The notes under the pieces: generated by a model
What the model was told of the DNA's origin: nothing
The model's database searches: none
The model's input: only the letters and a program-made list of their open reading frames with translations
Source: Eubacteriales bacterium
GTDB lineage: Bacteria; Bacillota; Clostridia; Oscillospirales; CAG-272
Reading direction: 5' to 3'
Assembly (NCBI GenBank): GCA_045127235.1
Contig: JBGVPY010000046.1
Location: 29,047-93,046 of the forward strand
Length of the DNA: 64,000 bases
Translations under genes and position numbers: made by a program
Shown: positions 48,931 through 59,717 of the stretch, one piece after another
Layout: the number at the start of each line of letters is the position of its first letter
Numbering within the stretch: position 1 is the stretch's first letter

Positions 48931-49073
48931 TTTGTTGGTTTGAATTTCACAATAATGATTATACCATTAAATTATGAACAAATTTTATCACTTATGTAAT
49001 GTTTAAATGAAATTTATCTGATTTTTTTGTGAAAAATGCTAGTTTTATGTAGTATAAAGGAGATTTCTATCTT

Positions 49074-50426
49074 ATGGCTCTAAAAAACACTAATTTTTCA
49101 ATTCACAATTTAGACACAATATACAATAATTCTAAGAGAATTTTCTTTATTGGGATAGGGGGAATTAGCATGTCTTCCCTTGCAAAATACTGTGTGGGGG
49201 ATGGCAAAATTGTATTTGGCTGCGACAGTAAAAGAACAGAAATAACCGAGGAGCTTGAAAAAAGCTGCCATATAAAATATTACACCTCAAAGGACGGCGT
49301 TTACGGTGTTGACATGGTAATTTACACTACCGCCATTGATGAAAGTAATTTTGAATATCAAAATGCTAAAAGGCTGAATATTCCCTTAGTGTCAAGAGCA
49401 AATTTTTTAGGCTATATAATGAGCAAATACAGAAATAGAATTGGCGTTTGCGGTATGCATGGAAAAAGCACGGTAACATCAATGCTAAATCATATTTTCA
49501 CTTATGGAAATAAAGAGCCAACCACATTTTGCGGTGGTGAAATGGTTGGCTACGGTAACGAGGTCATGGGCAAAAGCGACTACTTCATTTTTGAAGCGTG
49601 TGAGTATTTAGATGCTTTTTTAGGCTTTTATCCAACTGAAAGCATAATAACGAATATTGATTACGACCATCCAGACTATTTTAAAAGCACGGAGCAAATT
49701 GTGTCCTCGTTTCAAAAATATGCAAATTTAAATGAAAAGATTTATATAAATAGTGATGATATGCTATCCAGGAAGATAAAGCACGAAAATATAGTAACAT
49801 ACGGAATACATAATTCTGCGGATTATATATCAAAAATCACACACTCCCCCGCCTTAAATGAGTTTTCAGTAATAAAAAATGGCGTAGAAATTGCAAGGTG
49901 TAAATTAAAGCTTTATGGAGAGCATTTTATTTATGATGCTCTTGGTGCGTTTGCTATCGCATACGAAAACGGAATAAGTGCAAGTGTTATTGAAAATGCA
50001 CTTTCCACCTTTGAGGGGACAAAAAGGCGAATGGAATTTATTAAAAAAACAGACACAGGTGTGGATATTTTTTGCGATTACGGTCATCATCCTACGGAAA
50101 TTAAAGCTACAATAAGCAGTCTTAAATCAATGGGATATAAGAAAATTTGCTGTGTATTCCAAGCACACACATTTTCAAGGACATTTTATCTTTATGATGA
50201 ATTTAAAAACGCTTTTAGAGGTGTAGATAATTTAATAATTGCGCCTACGTTTTCAGCAAGAGAGGAAAACACATTTGGCTTTACCGATAATGATTTTGCA
50301 GTTCACTGTGGTGGTGTTTTTATGGATAGCTATAAGGAAATTGTTGATACTGTGCTAAAAAAGGATTGTGATGTGATTTTGATTTTAGGTGCTGGGGATA
50401 TAAACAAATTAAGGGAATATTTTTAA
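49074..50426 (+). CDS. murC: UDP-N-acetylmuramate--L-alanine ligase
   Basis: FIGIGGISMS, GMHGKST, EACEY, NIDYDHPD, DYGHHPTE and FQAHTFSRT motifs. Confidence 0.93.
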   Translation: MALKNTNFSIHNLDTIYNNSKRIFFIGIGGISMSSLAKYCVGDGKIVFGCDSKRTEITEELEKSCHIKYYTSKDGVYGVDMVIYTTAIDESNFEYQNAKRLNIPLVSRANFLGYIMSKYRNRIGVCGMHGKSTVTSMLNHIFTYGNKEPTTFCGGEMVGYGNEVMGKSDYFIFEACEYLDAFLGFYPTESIITNIDYDHPDYFKSTEQIVSSFQKYANLNEKIYINSDDMLSRKIKHENIVTYGIHNSADYISKITHSPALNEFSVIKNGVEIARCKLKLYGEHFIYDALGAFAIAYENGISASVIENALSTFEGTKRRMEFIKKTDTGVDIFCDYGHHPTEIKATISSLKSMGYKKICCVFQAHTFSRTFYLYDEFKNAFRGVDNLIIAPTFSAREENTFGFTDNDFAVHCGGVFMDSYKEIVDTVLKKDCDVILILGAGDINKLREYF

Positions 50427-50509
50427 ATCTAATTTATCGCTTACTCTCTTTACTTTTATATAATTTTATAGTATAATGTAGAATGAGATAAAATTGAGAG
50501 GTTGAAAAA

Positions 50510-51265
50510 ATGAAGCAATATTCTAATTTGGCAAGCGTTTATGATTTATTAAATGATGAATATGACTATAATAAATATGCTGAGTTTTTAGATAGCGAAA
50601 TTAAGGCAAATGAGAGAGTAAAATCAAGCCTTGTTTTGGACCTTGCTTGTGGCACGGGTAAAATAACATTTGCGCTTCGCGAGCTTGGTTATAATATGAC
50701 AGGTGTTGATTTAAGTGAGGAAATGCTATCTCAAGCTATTGACACTTGTTATGATAATAACATAAATGATATTTTATGGCTTTGTCAGGATATGAGGGAA
50801 TTTGAGCTTTACGGCACGGTAGATGCTTGCGTTTGCTGTCTTGATAGTATAAATTATTTAACTAAGGTAAGCGATGTTAAAAAGTGCTTTTCTTTAGTGC
50901 ATAACTATCTTATCCCCGATGGAGTGTTTATTTTTGATGTAAATACGCCATACAGATTTAAAAATATTTACGGAAATAATGATTATGTTTTAGAAGATGA
51001 ATGCTCTCTTCTAGCTTGGCGTAATGAGTACAATGAAAAGAGTAAAATTTGCAAATTTTATCTAAGCATTTTTCAGGAAAATGAGGATGGCTCATACGAA
51101 AGAAGTGATGAGGTTCAATTAGAAAAATGCTATTCAATGAAGCAAATTAAGTCTGCACTTTGCGAGTGTGGCTTTGAGATAATTAAGGTTTATGGCGATT
51201 TTGAAAAAAATGAAGCTACCGATACAAACGAAAAATGGTATTTTGTAGCAAGATGTATTAAATAA
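50510..51265 (+). CDS. Class I SAM-dependent methyltransferase
   Basis: VLDLACGTG, GVDLSEEML and CQDMR motifs. Confidence 0.9.
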   Translation: MKQYSNLASVYDLLNDEYDYNKYAEFLDSEIKANERVKSSLVLDLACGTGKITFALRELGYNMTGVDLSEEMLSQAIDTCYDNNINDILWLCQDMREFELYGTVDACVCCLDSINYLTKVSDVKKCFSLVHNYLIPDGVFIFDVNTPYRFKNIYGNNDYVLEDECSLLAWRNEYNEKSKICKFYLSIFQENEDGSYERSDEVQLEKCYSMKQIKSALCECGFEIIKVYGDFEKNEATDTNEKWYFVARCIK

Positions 51266-51278
51266 GTGAGGTATAAAA

Positions 51279-52169
51279 ATGAGTTCAACAATTTTAAGAG
51301 CAATGACAAGAGATGGAAGCGCAAGAGCTTATGTTATAAATTCAACCGAAATGGTAAATAAGGCTATTGAGTACCATAGAACAGCGCCTACTGCAACTGC
51401 ACTTATGGGCAGACTTTTAACTGCTACCTCTGTAATGGGTACTATGCTTCCCGAGGATGGATGCACAATGTCCGTTTCCATAAGAGGTAACGGTCTTGCC
51501 GGCACTACTATCGCGGTAAGCGATTACTACGGAAATATTAAGTGCTGTATTACAAACCCTATGGCAGATTTACCTTTAAAGCCAAACGGAAAGCTAGATG
51601 TTAGCGGTATTGTTGGCGGTGGTACGTTAGTAGTATCAAAGGATGTAGGCGATGAAGTGCCGTTTAACGGAGCTATTGAGTTAGTAAGCGGTGAGGTTGC
51701 AGAGGATATTGCATCCTACTATGCACAGAGTGAGCAAACACCTACTCTTTGTGCTCTTGGTGTTTTAGTTGATGTTGACCACTCCTGCAAAGCAGCAGGT
51801 GGTGTGTTCGTTCAGCTTCTTCCATTTGCAGATGAAGAGGTTGTAACAAAATTAGAGGAAAACTCAAAAAACCTCTCTAATGTGTCGTTAAAATTCAGTC
51901 AAGGTCTTTCAAATGAGGAAATTTTAAAGATTGCTCTTGAAGGCATTGAGTATGATTTGTTTGATGAATTAGAGGTTGAATATAAATGTGATTGCTCAAG
52001 AGAGCGCACAGAAAGAGCGCTTATTAGCGTTGGAAAAAAGGAGTGTGATAAGATTTTCGAGGAACAAAAAGCAAACGGAGAAAAGGAAGTGATTACACTT
52101 GAGTGTAACTTCTGCAACAAAAAATACGAATTTAATAAGGAAAATATAGCCCGACTATTCAAAAAATAA
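51279..52169 (+). CDS. hslO: Hsp33 redox-regulated chaperone
   Basis: SGEVAED, YYAQSEQ and AAGG motifs; CDCS...CNFC zinc centre. Confidence 0.95.
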   Translation: MSSTILRAMTRDGSARAYVINSTEMVNKAIEYHRTAPTATALMGRLLTATSVMGTMLPEDGCTMSVSIRGNGLAGTTIAVSDYYGNIKCCITNPMADLPLKPNGKLDVSGIVGGGTLVVSKDVGDEVPFNGAIELVSGEVAEDIASYYAQSEQTPTLCALGVLVDVDHSCKAAGGVFVQLLPFADEEVVTKLEENSKNLSNVSLKFSQGLSNEEILKIALEGIEYDLFDELEVEYKCDCSRERTERALISVGKKECDKIFEEQKANGEKEVITLECNFCNKKYEFNKENIARLFKK

Positions 52170-52191
52170 CGGGCAACTACCCCATGGCACA

Positions 52192-52977
52192 ATGAAAACT
52201 AGCAAAAAAAATCTAAAAAAACAAAAGGAAATTAAAAGAATTACTTCATCAAAGGAAAATCGCAAGGCGTGGTTCCGTGCGGTTAAAAAATTTTTGAGAA
52301 AAACGGGAAGATATAAAAAGCCTGAATTTGTATTTCTTGGTGAAGAATTTTCTTACGGTAGCATCATTTTAAGCAATCACGAGGGCACTGATGCCCCTAT
52401 GTCATTAGAGCTTTACATAGACAAGCCTCTTCGCATGTGGGGGGCTTATGAAATGAATTCGGGCGTTATTAAAATGTATAGCTATCAATCAAAGGTTTAT
52501 TACCACGAAAAAAAGCATTGGAATTTACATCTTGCAAGACTGTTTTGTTTAATCGCAAGTCCTGTTACTAATATTTTTTATAAGGGACTTAACTTGATTT
52601 CAACATACCGTGATGCAAGATTTGTAAAAACCATGCGCGAAAGCATTGATGCTATTCAGCGTGGCGAAAATATCGTAATTTTCCCCGAGGTTTCAGACAA
52701 GGGCTATCTTAAGGAATTAGAGGGCTTTTATGCAGGCTTTGTTATGCTTGCTGATACTTGTCTTAAAAGAGGAATTGATGTTCCGATTTTTGTAGCTTAT
52801 TTTGATAAGGAAAATCTACGATATATTGTTGACAAGCCTGTTTATTTCTCTGCCCTAAAAAAGGACGGTATGACAAGGTACGATATTGCAAAATTTCTTT
52901 TAGACAGGTGCAATGAGCTTGGCAAAATGTCCTATGAGGAGAAGGAACAAAAAACAGCGGATGTAATTAATCATTAA
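52192..52977 (+). CDS. PlsC-like acyltransferase
   Basis: IILSNH and IVIFPE motifs. Confidence 0.65.
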   Translation: MKTSKKNLKKQKEIKRITSSKENRKAWFRAVKKFLRKTGRYKKPEFVFLGEEFSYGSIILSNHEGTDAPMSLELYIDKPLRMWGAYEMNSGVIKMYSYQSKVYYHEKKHWNLHLARLFCLIASPVTNIFYKGLNLISTYRDARFVKTMRESIDAIQRGENIVIFPEVSDKGYLKELEGFYAGFVMLADTCLKRGIDVPIFVAYFDKENLRYIVDKPVYFSALKKDGMTRYDIAKFLLDRCNELGKMSYEEKEQKTADVINH

Positions 52978-53125
52978 AATACGATTTGGGAGAAAAATTT
53001 TCTCCCTTTTTGTTTTTTATTACCTATTTACTTTTATAATATAGTATGATAAAATATTATGGAAAACAAAAATGCAATCAACGGGACACAGGATGCGATT
53101 TTTAACGCGCCCCCTGTGAGCAGCA

Positions 53126-53206
53126 CAATTCATGACCGTAGGTCAATTCATGGCAAAGCCAATTCATGCAACTTGTTGCAATTCATATTGCACCGCAACA
53201 ATTCAT
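53126..53206. repeat. Modular REP-like array: five CAATTCAT cores with palindromic spacers
   Basis: caattcat-gaccgtaggt-caattcat-ggcaaagc-caattcat-gcaacttgttg-caattcat-attgcaccgcaa-caattcat. Confidence 0.75.
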
Positions 53207-53257
53207 CATTTATAGGATGATTACTTACCACTGACCCTAAGCTATACAGCCTGTGGC

Positions 53258-53330
53258 TGATGATATACACATCTGCGATGTGATGATATACATTTCTGTG
53301 GAATGATGATATACACGCGTTGCGTGATTG
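53258..53330. repeat. REP-like array with three TGATGATATAC cores upstream of uvrB
   Basis: tgatgatatacacatctgcgatg-tgatgatatacatttctgtggaa-tgatgatatacacgcgttgcgtg. Confidence 0.7.
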
Positions 53331-53357
53331 CGACCTTGTCGCAGAAAGGAGCGAAAA

Positions 53358-55310
53358 ATGGACAAGTTTATTTTAAAAAGCCAATTTACGCCTATGGGCG
53401 ACCAGCCACAGGCTATAAAAAAGCTGAGCGATGGCATTTTAAGTGGCGAAAAATTTCAAACGCTGCTTGGTGTTACTGGCTCAGGTAAAACATTTACTAT
53501 GGCAAATATTATTGCAAATACAAATAGGCCTACCATTATTCTTGAGCCGAACAAGACTCTTGCGGCACAGGTTTGCTCCGAAATGAGAGAGCTTTTTCCC
53601 GACTCAGCGGTGGAATATTTTGTATCCTACTATGACTACTATCAGCCTGAGGCGTATATTCCGGGTAAGGATGTTTACATTGAAAAGGATGCTATGATAA
53701 ATGAGGAAATAGATAAGCTACGACATAGCGCTACATGCTCTCTTTTAGAGCGCCGCGATGTTATTATTGTGGCGAGTGTTTCTTGCATTTACTCCCTTGG
53801 CGACCCTAACGAATATAAGAATTTAGTTATTGATATTCGCGAGGGAATGGAAATGAGCCGTGATGATTTGGTTAAGCGACTTGTTTATATGAATTACGAA
53901 AGAAACGATATCAATTTTGTTCGTAATAAGTTTAGAATACGGGGGGATGTGGTTGAAATTTTCCCATCTTCATCCTCGGAAAACGCTATTAGAGTTGAAT
54001 TTTTTGGAGATGAGGTTGAAAGAATTACTGAAATTCACACTCTTACAGGCGAGGTGAAAAGGCATCTTAGCTATACGCCTATATTCCCTGCTAACCACTA
54101 TGTTGTATCTAACGATAAGCGCGAGGCAGCGTTAACGGAAATTCATCGCGAGATGGTGGAAAGAGTTAAGTTTTTTGAAGCTCAGGGTAAGCTACTTGAA
54201 GCACAGCGTATTGAGGAAAGAACGAAATACGACCTTGAAATGCTTCGTGAAATCGGCTTTTGCTCAGGTGTTGAAAACTATTCAAGAGTGTTATCAGGCA
54301 GAGAGCCAGGCTCAACTCCTTATACGCTTCTTGACTACTTCCCTGATGATTACATTATGTTTATTGATGAAAGCCATGTTTCAGTACCACAAATAAGAGG
54401 TATGAGTGGCGGCGACCTTGCAAGAAAACGAAATTTAGTGGAGTTTGGCTTCCGCTTGCCATCGGCATATGATAACAGACCTCTTAATTTTAACGAGTTT
54501 GAAAGCAAATTAAATCAAGTGGTTTTCGTTTCCGCAACGCCTGCGGAATATGAAAAGGTTCATTCAACCTCTGTGGCTGAGCAGCTAATAAGACCTACGG
54601 GACTTATTGACCCCGAAATTGATATAAGACCTATCAAAACACAGGTTGATGACGTAATGGGCGAAATTAAGATAAGAGCCGAACGGGGAGAGCGAGTTTT
54701 AGTTACAACTCTTACAACGAAAATGGCAGAGGATTTAACGGAATATTTATCCTCTAACGATATAAAGGTAAAGTATATCCATCATAATGTTGATACCATT
54801 GAAAGAATGGAAATCATCCGTTCACTTCGTTTGGGAGATTTTGACGTTTTAGTGGGAATCAATTTGCTTCGTGAGGGACTTGATATTCCCGAGGTATCGT
54901 TAGTTGCAATACTTGATGCGGACAAGGAAGGTCTTTTCCGTTCGGAAACGTCCCTTATACAGACAATAGGACGTGCCGCAAGAAATGCAAACGGCAAGGT
55001 TATTATGTATGCGGATACGGTTACGCGCTCAATGAAAAATGCCATTAGCGAAACTAATCGTCGCCGTGAGGTACAGAAAAAATATAACGAAGAAAAGGGA
55101 ATTGTTCCGAAAACTGTTATTAAGGGAATACATGACGTTATTGACCTTGGTAAAAAATCTGAGGACAGAAAGAAAAAGAAGAAGCTTACCAAGGAAGAAA
55201 AGGAAAAGCTTATTGTCGAGCTTACAAAGGAAATGCACAAGGCTTCAAGAGAGCTTGAATTTGAAAAGGCTGCTTATTTGAGGGATCAAATAAAGGAGCT
55301 TCGCAAATAG
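53358..55310 (+). CDS. uvrB: Excinuclease ABC subunit B
   Basis: [29 protein letters not shown] and [10 protein letters not shown] motifs; C-terminal UVR domain. Confidence 0.98.
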   Translation: MDKFILKSQFTPMGDQPQAIKKLSDGILSGEKFQTLLGVTGSGKTFTMANIIANTNRPTIILEPNKTLAAQVCSEMRELFPDSAVEYFVSYYDYYQPEAYIPGKDVYIEKDAMINEEIDKLRHSATCSLLERRDVIIVASVSCIYSLGDPNEYKNLVIDIREGMEMSRDDLVKRLVYMNYERNDINFVRNKFRIRGDVVEIFPSSSSENAIRVEFFGDEVERITEIHTLTGEVKRHLSYTPIFPANHYVVSNDKREAALTEIHREMVERVKFFEAQGKLLEAQRIEERTKYDLEMLREIGFCSGVENYSRVLSGREPGSTPYTLLDYFPDDYIMFIDESHVSVPQIRGMSGGDLARKRNLVEFGFRLPSAYDNRPLNFNEFESKLNQVVFVSATPAEYEKVHSTSVAEQLIRPTGLIDPEIDIRPIKTQVDDVMGEIKIRAERGERVLVTTLTTKMAEDLTEYLSSNDIKVKYIHHNVDTIERMEIIRSLRLGDFDVLVGINLLREGLDIPEVSLVAILDADKEGLFRSETSLIQTIGRAARNANGKVIMYADTVTRSMKNAISETNRRREVQKKYNEEKGIVPKTVIKGIHDVIDLGKKSEDRKKKKKLTKEEKEKLIVELTKEMHKASRELEFEKAAYLRDQIKELRK

Positions 55311-55317
55311 CGAAGCT

Positions 55318-55382
55318 CAGCGGTCAGCCGTTAGCGGTTAGCGGTCAGCAAGTTACACTAGCCACTAATCACTAACCACTAA
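55318..55382. repeat. Inverted pair of heptamer arrays between uvrB and uvrA
   Basis: cagcggtcagccgttagcggttagcggtcagc-aagttaca-ctagccactaatcactaaccactaa. Confidence 0.8.
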
Positions 55383-55396
55383 AAGAAAGGAAAACA

Positions 55397-58231
55397 ATGA
55401 AACAATACATTGAAATAAAGGGTGCAAGAGAGAACAATTTAAAGGATATTGACATTAAGATACCAAGAGACAAGTTGGTTATTTTAACAGGTCTTTCGGG
55501 CTGTGGTAAATCCTCTCTTGCTTTTGATACAATTTATGCAGAGGGACACAGGCGTTTCGTTGAGTCATTGTCCTCTTATGCAAGACAGTTTTTAGGTCAG
55601 CTTGACAAGCCTGACGTTGATATGATTGAGGGTCTTTCCCCTGCCATATCCATTGACCAAAAAACCACATCAAAAAATCCCCGTTCAACTGTTGGTACGG
55701 TTACGGAGATTTATGATTATTTAAGACTTTTATATGCCCGTCTTGGCACAGTTCATTGTCCCGAATGTGGCAAGGAAATTAAGCAACAGAGCGTTGACCA
55801 AATTATTGATAAAATTCTTGAATTACCTGTGGGCGAACGCTTCATGGTGCTTTCTCCTGTGGTTAAGGGCAAAAAGGGTAGGCACGAAAAGGTAATTTCC
55901 GATGCTAGAAAAAATGGTTATGCAAGACTTCGCATTGATGGTGTTATTTACGATTTAAACGAGGATATAGAGCTTGAGCTTACAAAAAAGCACAATATTG
56001 ATATTGTAGTTGACCGTTTAGTCATGAAGGATGATCTTCGCCCGCGTCTTTCCGACTCTGTTGAAAACGCTTTAAAATCTAGTGATGGTAGAGTTACCGT
56101 TGTTACTGTTCCTCGCGAGGGAGATGGGATTGAATACGAGTTTTCCACAAACTATGCTTGTGAGGAGCATGGAATCAGCTTTGGCGAGCTTGAGCCAAGA
56201 GCGTTTTCTTTTAACAATCCATTCGGTGCATGTCCTCACTGTCTTGGTATCGGCGAGCTTCGCAATATTTCTCCTGACAAAATTATACCAGATGTTACAC
56301 TTTCACTAAGTCAAGGTGCAATCCAGGTAAACGGCTTTAAGTCCATTGATGAGGAAAGCTGGACAGGTCCTTTATTTAAGGCGGTTTGCGAGTTTATCGG
56401 CGCTGATATAGATATGCCAATAAAAGACTTTACAGAGGAGCAATTAAATGCTATTTTATACGGCACGGGCGAGCAGCTATATACTGTTGACAGATATTTC
56501 GCTAAGCAAAAAAGGACTCAGACTGTAAAGTTTGAGGGCGTTATCCGCACCATTGAGCAAAGAATGCAAATGATGGGCGATGAATATTACGATCAATTTA
56601 TTGAGGAAACGCCCTGCCCTGTTTGCCACGGACATAGACTTAATAAGCAATCGCTGTCTGTAAAAATCGGCGGTAAAAATATTTTTGAATTTTGCTTAAT
56701 GTCAGTAAATGATGAGCTTGATTTTATAAACTCACTTACCTTTACTGAAAGCGAAATGAAAATTGCTAAGGAAATTTTAAAGGAAATCAAGGCGCGCCTT
56801 GGATTTATGAAAAGCGTTGGTCTTGAATATCTTACTCTTGCAAGAAAGAGCGCAACGCTATCAGGCGGAGAGGCTCAAAGAATACGATTAGCCACACAGA
56901 TTGGCTCTTCACTAGTGGGCGTATTATATATTCTTGATGAGCCAAGCATAGGACTACATCAAAGAGACAACTCAAAGCTTATTAAAACCTTAAAGGATTT
57001 AAGAGATGTTGGTAATAGCGTTATTGTAGTTGAGCATGATGAGGAAACCATGCTTGAATCGGACTATATTGTTGATATTGGTCCCGGGGCAGGTGTTCAC
57101 GGTGGAGAGATTATAGCAGCAGGCACGCCTGAGGAAGTAATGAATAATAAAAGCTCCTTAACAGGCGACTATCTTGCAGGCAGAAAGAAAATTGAAGTGC
57201 CTACCGTGAGACGACCGGGAAACGGCAATTTCTTAAAAATTAGAGGTGCTAAGGAAAATAACCTAAAAAGCGTTAATGTGGATATTCCTCTTGGCTGCTT
57301 TGTGGCAGTAACCGGTGTTTCGGGCTCAGGAAAATCCTCACTTGTAAATAAGATTTTATTACAAACTCTTAGTCAAAGGCTAAACCGCGCAATTACCTAT
57401 CCGGGCAAGTGCGACAGCATATCGGGATATGAAGCTCTTGACAAGGTAATTGCAATAGACCAATCTCCTATTGGTCGTACGCCTAGGTCAAATCCAGCCA
57501 CATATACGGGGCTTTTTAATGAAATCAGAGATTTATTTGCTAAAACTCCCGATGCTAAAATGCGTTCGTTTACAGCCTCTCGCTTCTCCTTTAATGTAAA
57601 GGGTGGTAGATGTGAAAGCTGCTCGGGCGATGGTGTTAAAAAGATTGAAATGCACTTTTTACCTGATGTGTATGTAAAGTGTGATGTGTGTAAGGGCAAG
57701 CGATACAACCGTGATACCTTAGAGGTAAAATTCAAGGGTAAAAACATTAGCGATGTGCTTGAAATGACATCTGAGGAGGGTGCGCAGTTCTTTAGCGATA
57801 TTCCTTCTATTGCAAGAAAGCTTCAAACAATGTGCGATGTTGGTCTTGGTTATATTAAAATAGGTCAATCCTCAACTACGTTATCAGGTGGCGAGGCGCA
57901 AAGAGTTAAGCTTGCGACAGAGCTTTCAAAGCGTTCAACGGGCAGAACTATTTATATTCTTGATGAGCCCACAACAGGTCTTCATACCGATGATGTAAAA
58001 AGGCTTATTCAGGTTTTACAAAGACTTGTTGATGCAGGAAATTCAATTATCGTAATTGAGCATAACCTTGATGTTATTAAAACTGCTGACCATATTATCG
58101 ACTTAGGTCCTGAGGGTGGCGATAATGGTGGCGAAATTGTAGCCACAGGCACGCCTGAGGAGGTTGCGAAAAACCCAAGGTCTTATACCGGAATTTATCT
58201 TGATAAAATTCTTAATCAAAAGAAAAAATAA
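55397..58231 (+). CDS. uvrA: Excinuclease ABC subunit A
   Basis: Two ABC ATPase modules ([26 protein letters not shown]) and zinc fingers. Confidence 0.98.
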   Translation: MKQYIEIKGARENNLKDIDIKIPRDKLVILTGLSGCGKSSLAFDTIYAEGHRRFVESLSSYARQFLGQLDKPDVDMIEGLSPAISIDQKTTSKNPRSTVGTVTEIYDYLRLLYARLGTVHCPECGKEIKQQSVDQIIDKILELPVGERFMVLSPVVKGKKGRHEKVISDARKNGYARLRIDGVIYDLNEDIELELTKKHNIDIVVDRLVMKDDLRPRLSDSVENALKSSDGRVTVVTVPREGDGIEYEFSTNYACEEHGISFGELEPRAFSFNNPFGACPHCLGIGELRNISPDKIIPDVTLSLSQGAIQVNGFKSIDEESWTGPLFKAVCEFIGADIDMPIKDFTEEQLNAILYGTGEQLYTVDRYFAKQKRTQTVKFEGVIRTIEQRMQMMGDEYYDQFIEETPCPVCHGHRLNKQSLSVKIGGKNIFEFCLMSVNDELDFINSLTFTESEMKIAKEILKEIKARLGFMKSVGLEYLTLARKSATLSGGEAQRIRLATQIGSSLVGVLYILDEPSIGLHQRDNSKLIKTLKDLRDVGNSVIVVEHDEETMLESDYIVDIGPGAGVHGGEIIAAGTPEEVMNNKSSLTGDYLAGRKKIEVPTVRRPGNGNFLKIRGAKENNLKSVNVDIPLGCFVAVTGVSGSGKSSLVNKILLQTLSQRLNRAITYPGKCDSISGYEALDKVIAIDQSPIGRTPRSNPATYTGLFNEIRDLFAKTPDAKMRSFTASRFSFNVKGGRCESCSGDGVKKIEMHFLPDVYVKCDVCKGKRYNRDTLEVKFKGKNISDVLEMTSEEGAQFFSDIPSIARKLQTMCDVGLGYIKIGQSSTTLSGGEAQRVKLATELSKRSTGRTIYILDEPTTGLHTDDVKRLIQVLQRLVDAGNSIIVIEHNLDVIKTADHIIDLGPEGGDNGGEIVATGTPEEVAKNPRSYTGIYLDKILNQKKK

Positions 58232-58233
58232 AG

Positions 58234-58281
58234 CAATCCTTCCGTCAGCTTCGCTGACACCTTCCTTTACACAAGGAAGGC
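58234..58281. repeat. REP-like double hairpin, family A, copy 3, flanked by a 15-bp direct repeat
   Basis: caatccttccgtcagcttcgctgacaccttcctttacacaaggaaggc; cttaatcaaaagaaa at 58211-58225 and 58290-58304. Confidence 0.8.
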
Positions 58282-58303
58282 TTGGAGCACTTAATCAAAA
58301 GAA

Positions 58304-59392
58304 ATGACTAATTTAACAAACGAAACAAAAATAAACCATATGACACAGCTTGCAAGGTATAGGCAGGAGCTTTATAAAAGTCCGCGTTTGATTACTCTCT
58401 TTTTTGAGCTAACTGACGCTTGCAACATGAATTGCCTACATTGCGGTAGCTGCGCTTCGCCAAAAAATAAGCGTTTTTTAGACACAGGTCTTATTAAAAA
58501 GGTGCTTGACGAGGTAGCCTTGGAATATGACCCCCATGAAATTTTGATATGCTATTCAGGGGGAGAGCCGCTTCTTCATAAGGATATTTATGATTTAATT
58601 GAATATGCTACGAAAAAGGGATTTTTCTGTGGCATAACAACAAACGGCACGCTTATAACTGAGGAAAATGCAAAAAGGTTAAAGGATGCAGGGCTTAGAA
58701 GTGTATCAATAAGTATTGACGGCACAAAAGAAACGCACGATTGGTTCAGAAATCAAAGTGGCGCATTTGATAGAGCCATGGCGGGAGTAAAAGCGTTGGT
58801 TAAGGTTGGCGGTATTTATACGCAAATTACCACGGTGGTGCATAGAAGGTCAATAGACACCCTTGATGAAATATACAATGAGGTAGTTAAATCAGGCGTT
58901 CATTCGTGGCGACCTATTGGAATTGACCCTATTGGTCGCGCGCTTGACCATAGCGAGCTTTTGCTTGACGGAGAGGACTACAAAAATCTTTTTGGATATA
59001 TTTCAAAGTTACGTGAAAGCAATAGTGATATAATAGAGGTAACATACGGCTGCTCACATTATTTAGGTGTGCCTTACGAAAAGGAAACGAGAGACGCTTA
59101 CTTCCTTTGCTATGCAGGGATTATGACTGCCAGCATTTTATGTAACGGAGACATTTACGGCTGTATGGATATTGAAAGGCGCGCTGAGCTAGTACAGGGT
59201 AATGTTAATACCGATAGCTTTGTTGACGCTTGGAAAAATAAATTTAAGGTATATAGGCAAAACAAAGCATACTTATGCAAGGAGTGCAGTCTATGTGATG
59301 ACCGTGAGTTTTGCTGCGGAGAATCCTCTCATACATGGGATTATGACAAATGCTCGCCTATTATATGTATGAAAAAATATTTAAGCAATTAA
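58304..59392 (+). CDS. Radical SAM/SPASM peptide maturase, splicease-like
   Basis: ELTDACNMNCLHCGS, SGGEPL and TTNG motifs; SPASM CYAGIMTASILCNGDIYGC...QGNV...CKECSLCDDREFCCG...C. Confidence 0.9.
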   Translation: MTNLTNETKINHMTQLARYRQELYKSPRLITLFFELTDACNMNCLHCGSCASPKNKRFLDTGLIKKVLDEVALEYDPHEILICYSGGEPLLHKDIYDLIEYATKKGFFCGITTNGTLITEENAKRLKDAGLRSVSISIDGTKETHDWFRNQSGAFDRAMAGVKALVKVGGIYTQITTVVHRRSIDTLDEIYNEVVKSGVHSWRPIGIDPIGRALDHSELLLDGEDYKNLFGYISKLRESNSDIIEVTYGCSHYLGVPYEKETRDAYFLCYAGIMTASILCNGDIYGCMDIERRAELVQGNVNTDSFVDAWKNKFKVYRQNKAYLCKECSLCDDREFCCGESSHTWDYDKCSPIICMKKYLSN

Positions 59393-59404
59393 AGGAGAAT
59401 AGTA

Positions 59405-59602
59405 ATGAAGGACGAATTAAAGGAATTTATAGTTGAAGAAAAATTTGACCCTAGGGACAATATTTCCGCATGTGTTTACGGTCCGCCTATTACATATTTA
59501 TTTAAGTGTGAAAAATGCGGTCATGAATGGAAGTCATTTATGACTGCAAAAAGAATTTGCCCAAACTGTGGCACTCGCTGTAAGGAGTATGACACAATTT
59601 AA
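59405..59602 (+). CDS. 65-aa putative radical SAM substrate: FDPxxN...VYGPP motif plus zinc ribbon
   Basis: SD AAGGAG overlapping the rSAM stop; FDPRDNISACVYGPP followed by CEKC...CPNC. Confidence 0.8.
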   Translation: MKDELKEFIVEEKFDPRDNISACVYGPPITYLFKCEKCGHEWKSFMTAKRICPNCGTRCKEYDTI

Positions 59603-59618
59603 TAATTCGTTTCTTTAC

Positions 59619-59673
59619 AAAAAAACCACACCGTTTAATGAAAGTTCACTTCATTAATCGGTGTGGATTTTTT
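59619..59673. terminator. Long bidirectional terminator hairpin
   Basis: aaaaaaaccacaccgtttaatgaa...ttcattaatcggtgtggatttttt. Confidence 0.7.
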
Positions 59674-59717
59674 CATATCTTTTCTAAAGATTTTTCTATA
59701 CTTTGTCCTTGCCGGTT

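Noticed and set aside
53059-53220. 53-aa ORF MENKNAINGTQD... upstream of uvrB
   Set aside because: No SD, and more than half of it is read through the CAATTCAT repeat array; probably incidental
53126-53330. Mini-CRISPR array
   Set aside because: Cores of 8-11 bp and spacers of 8-12 bp are far too short, spacers are palindromic, and there are no cas genes
52980-53357. LexA/SOS box upstream of uvrB
   Set aside because: No GAAC-N4-GTTC match found by eye
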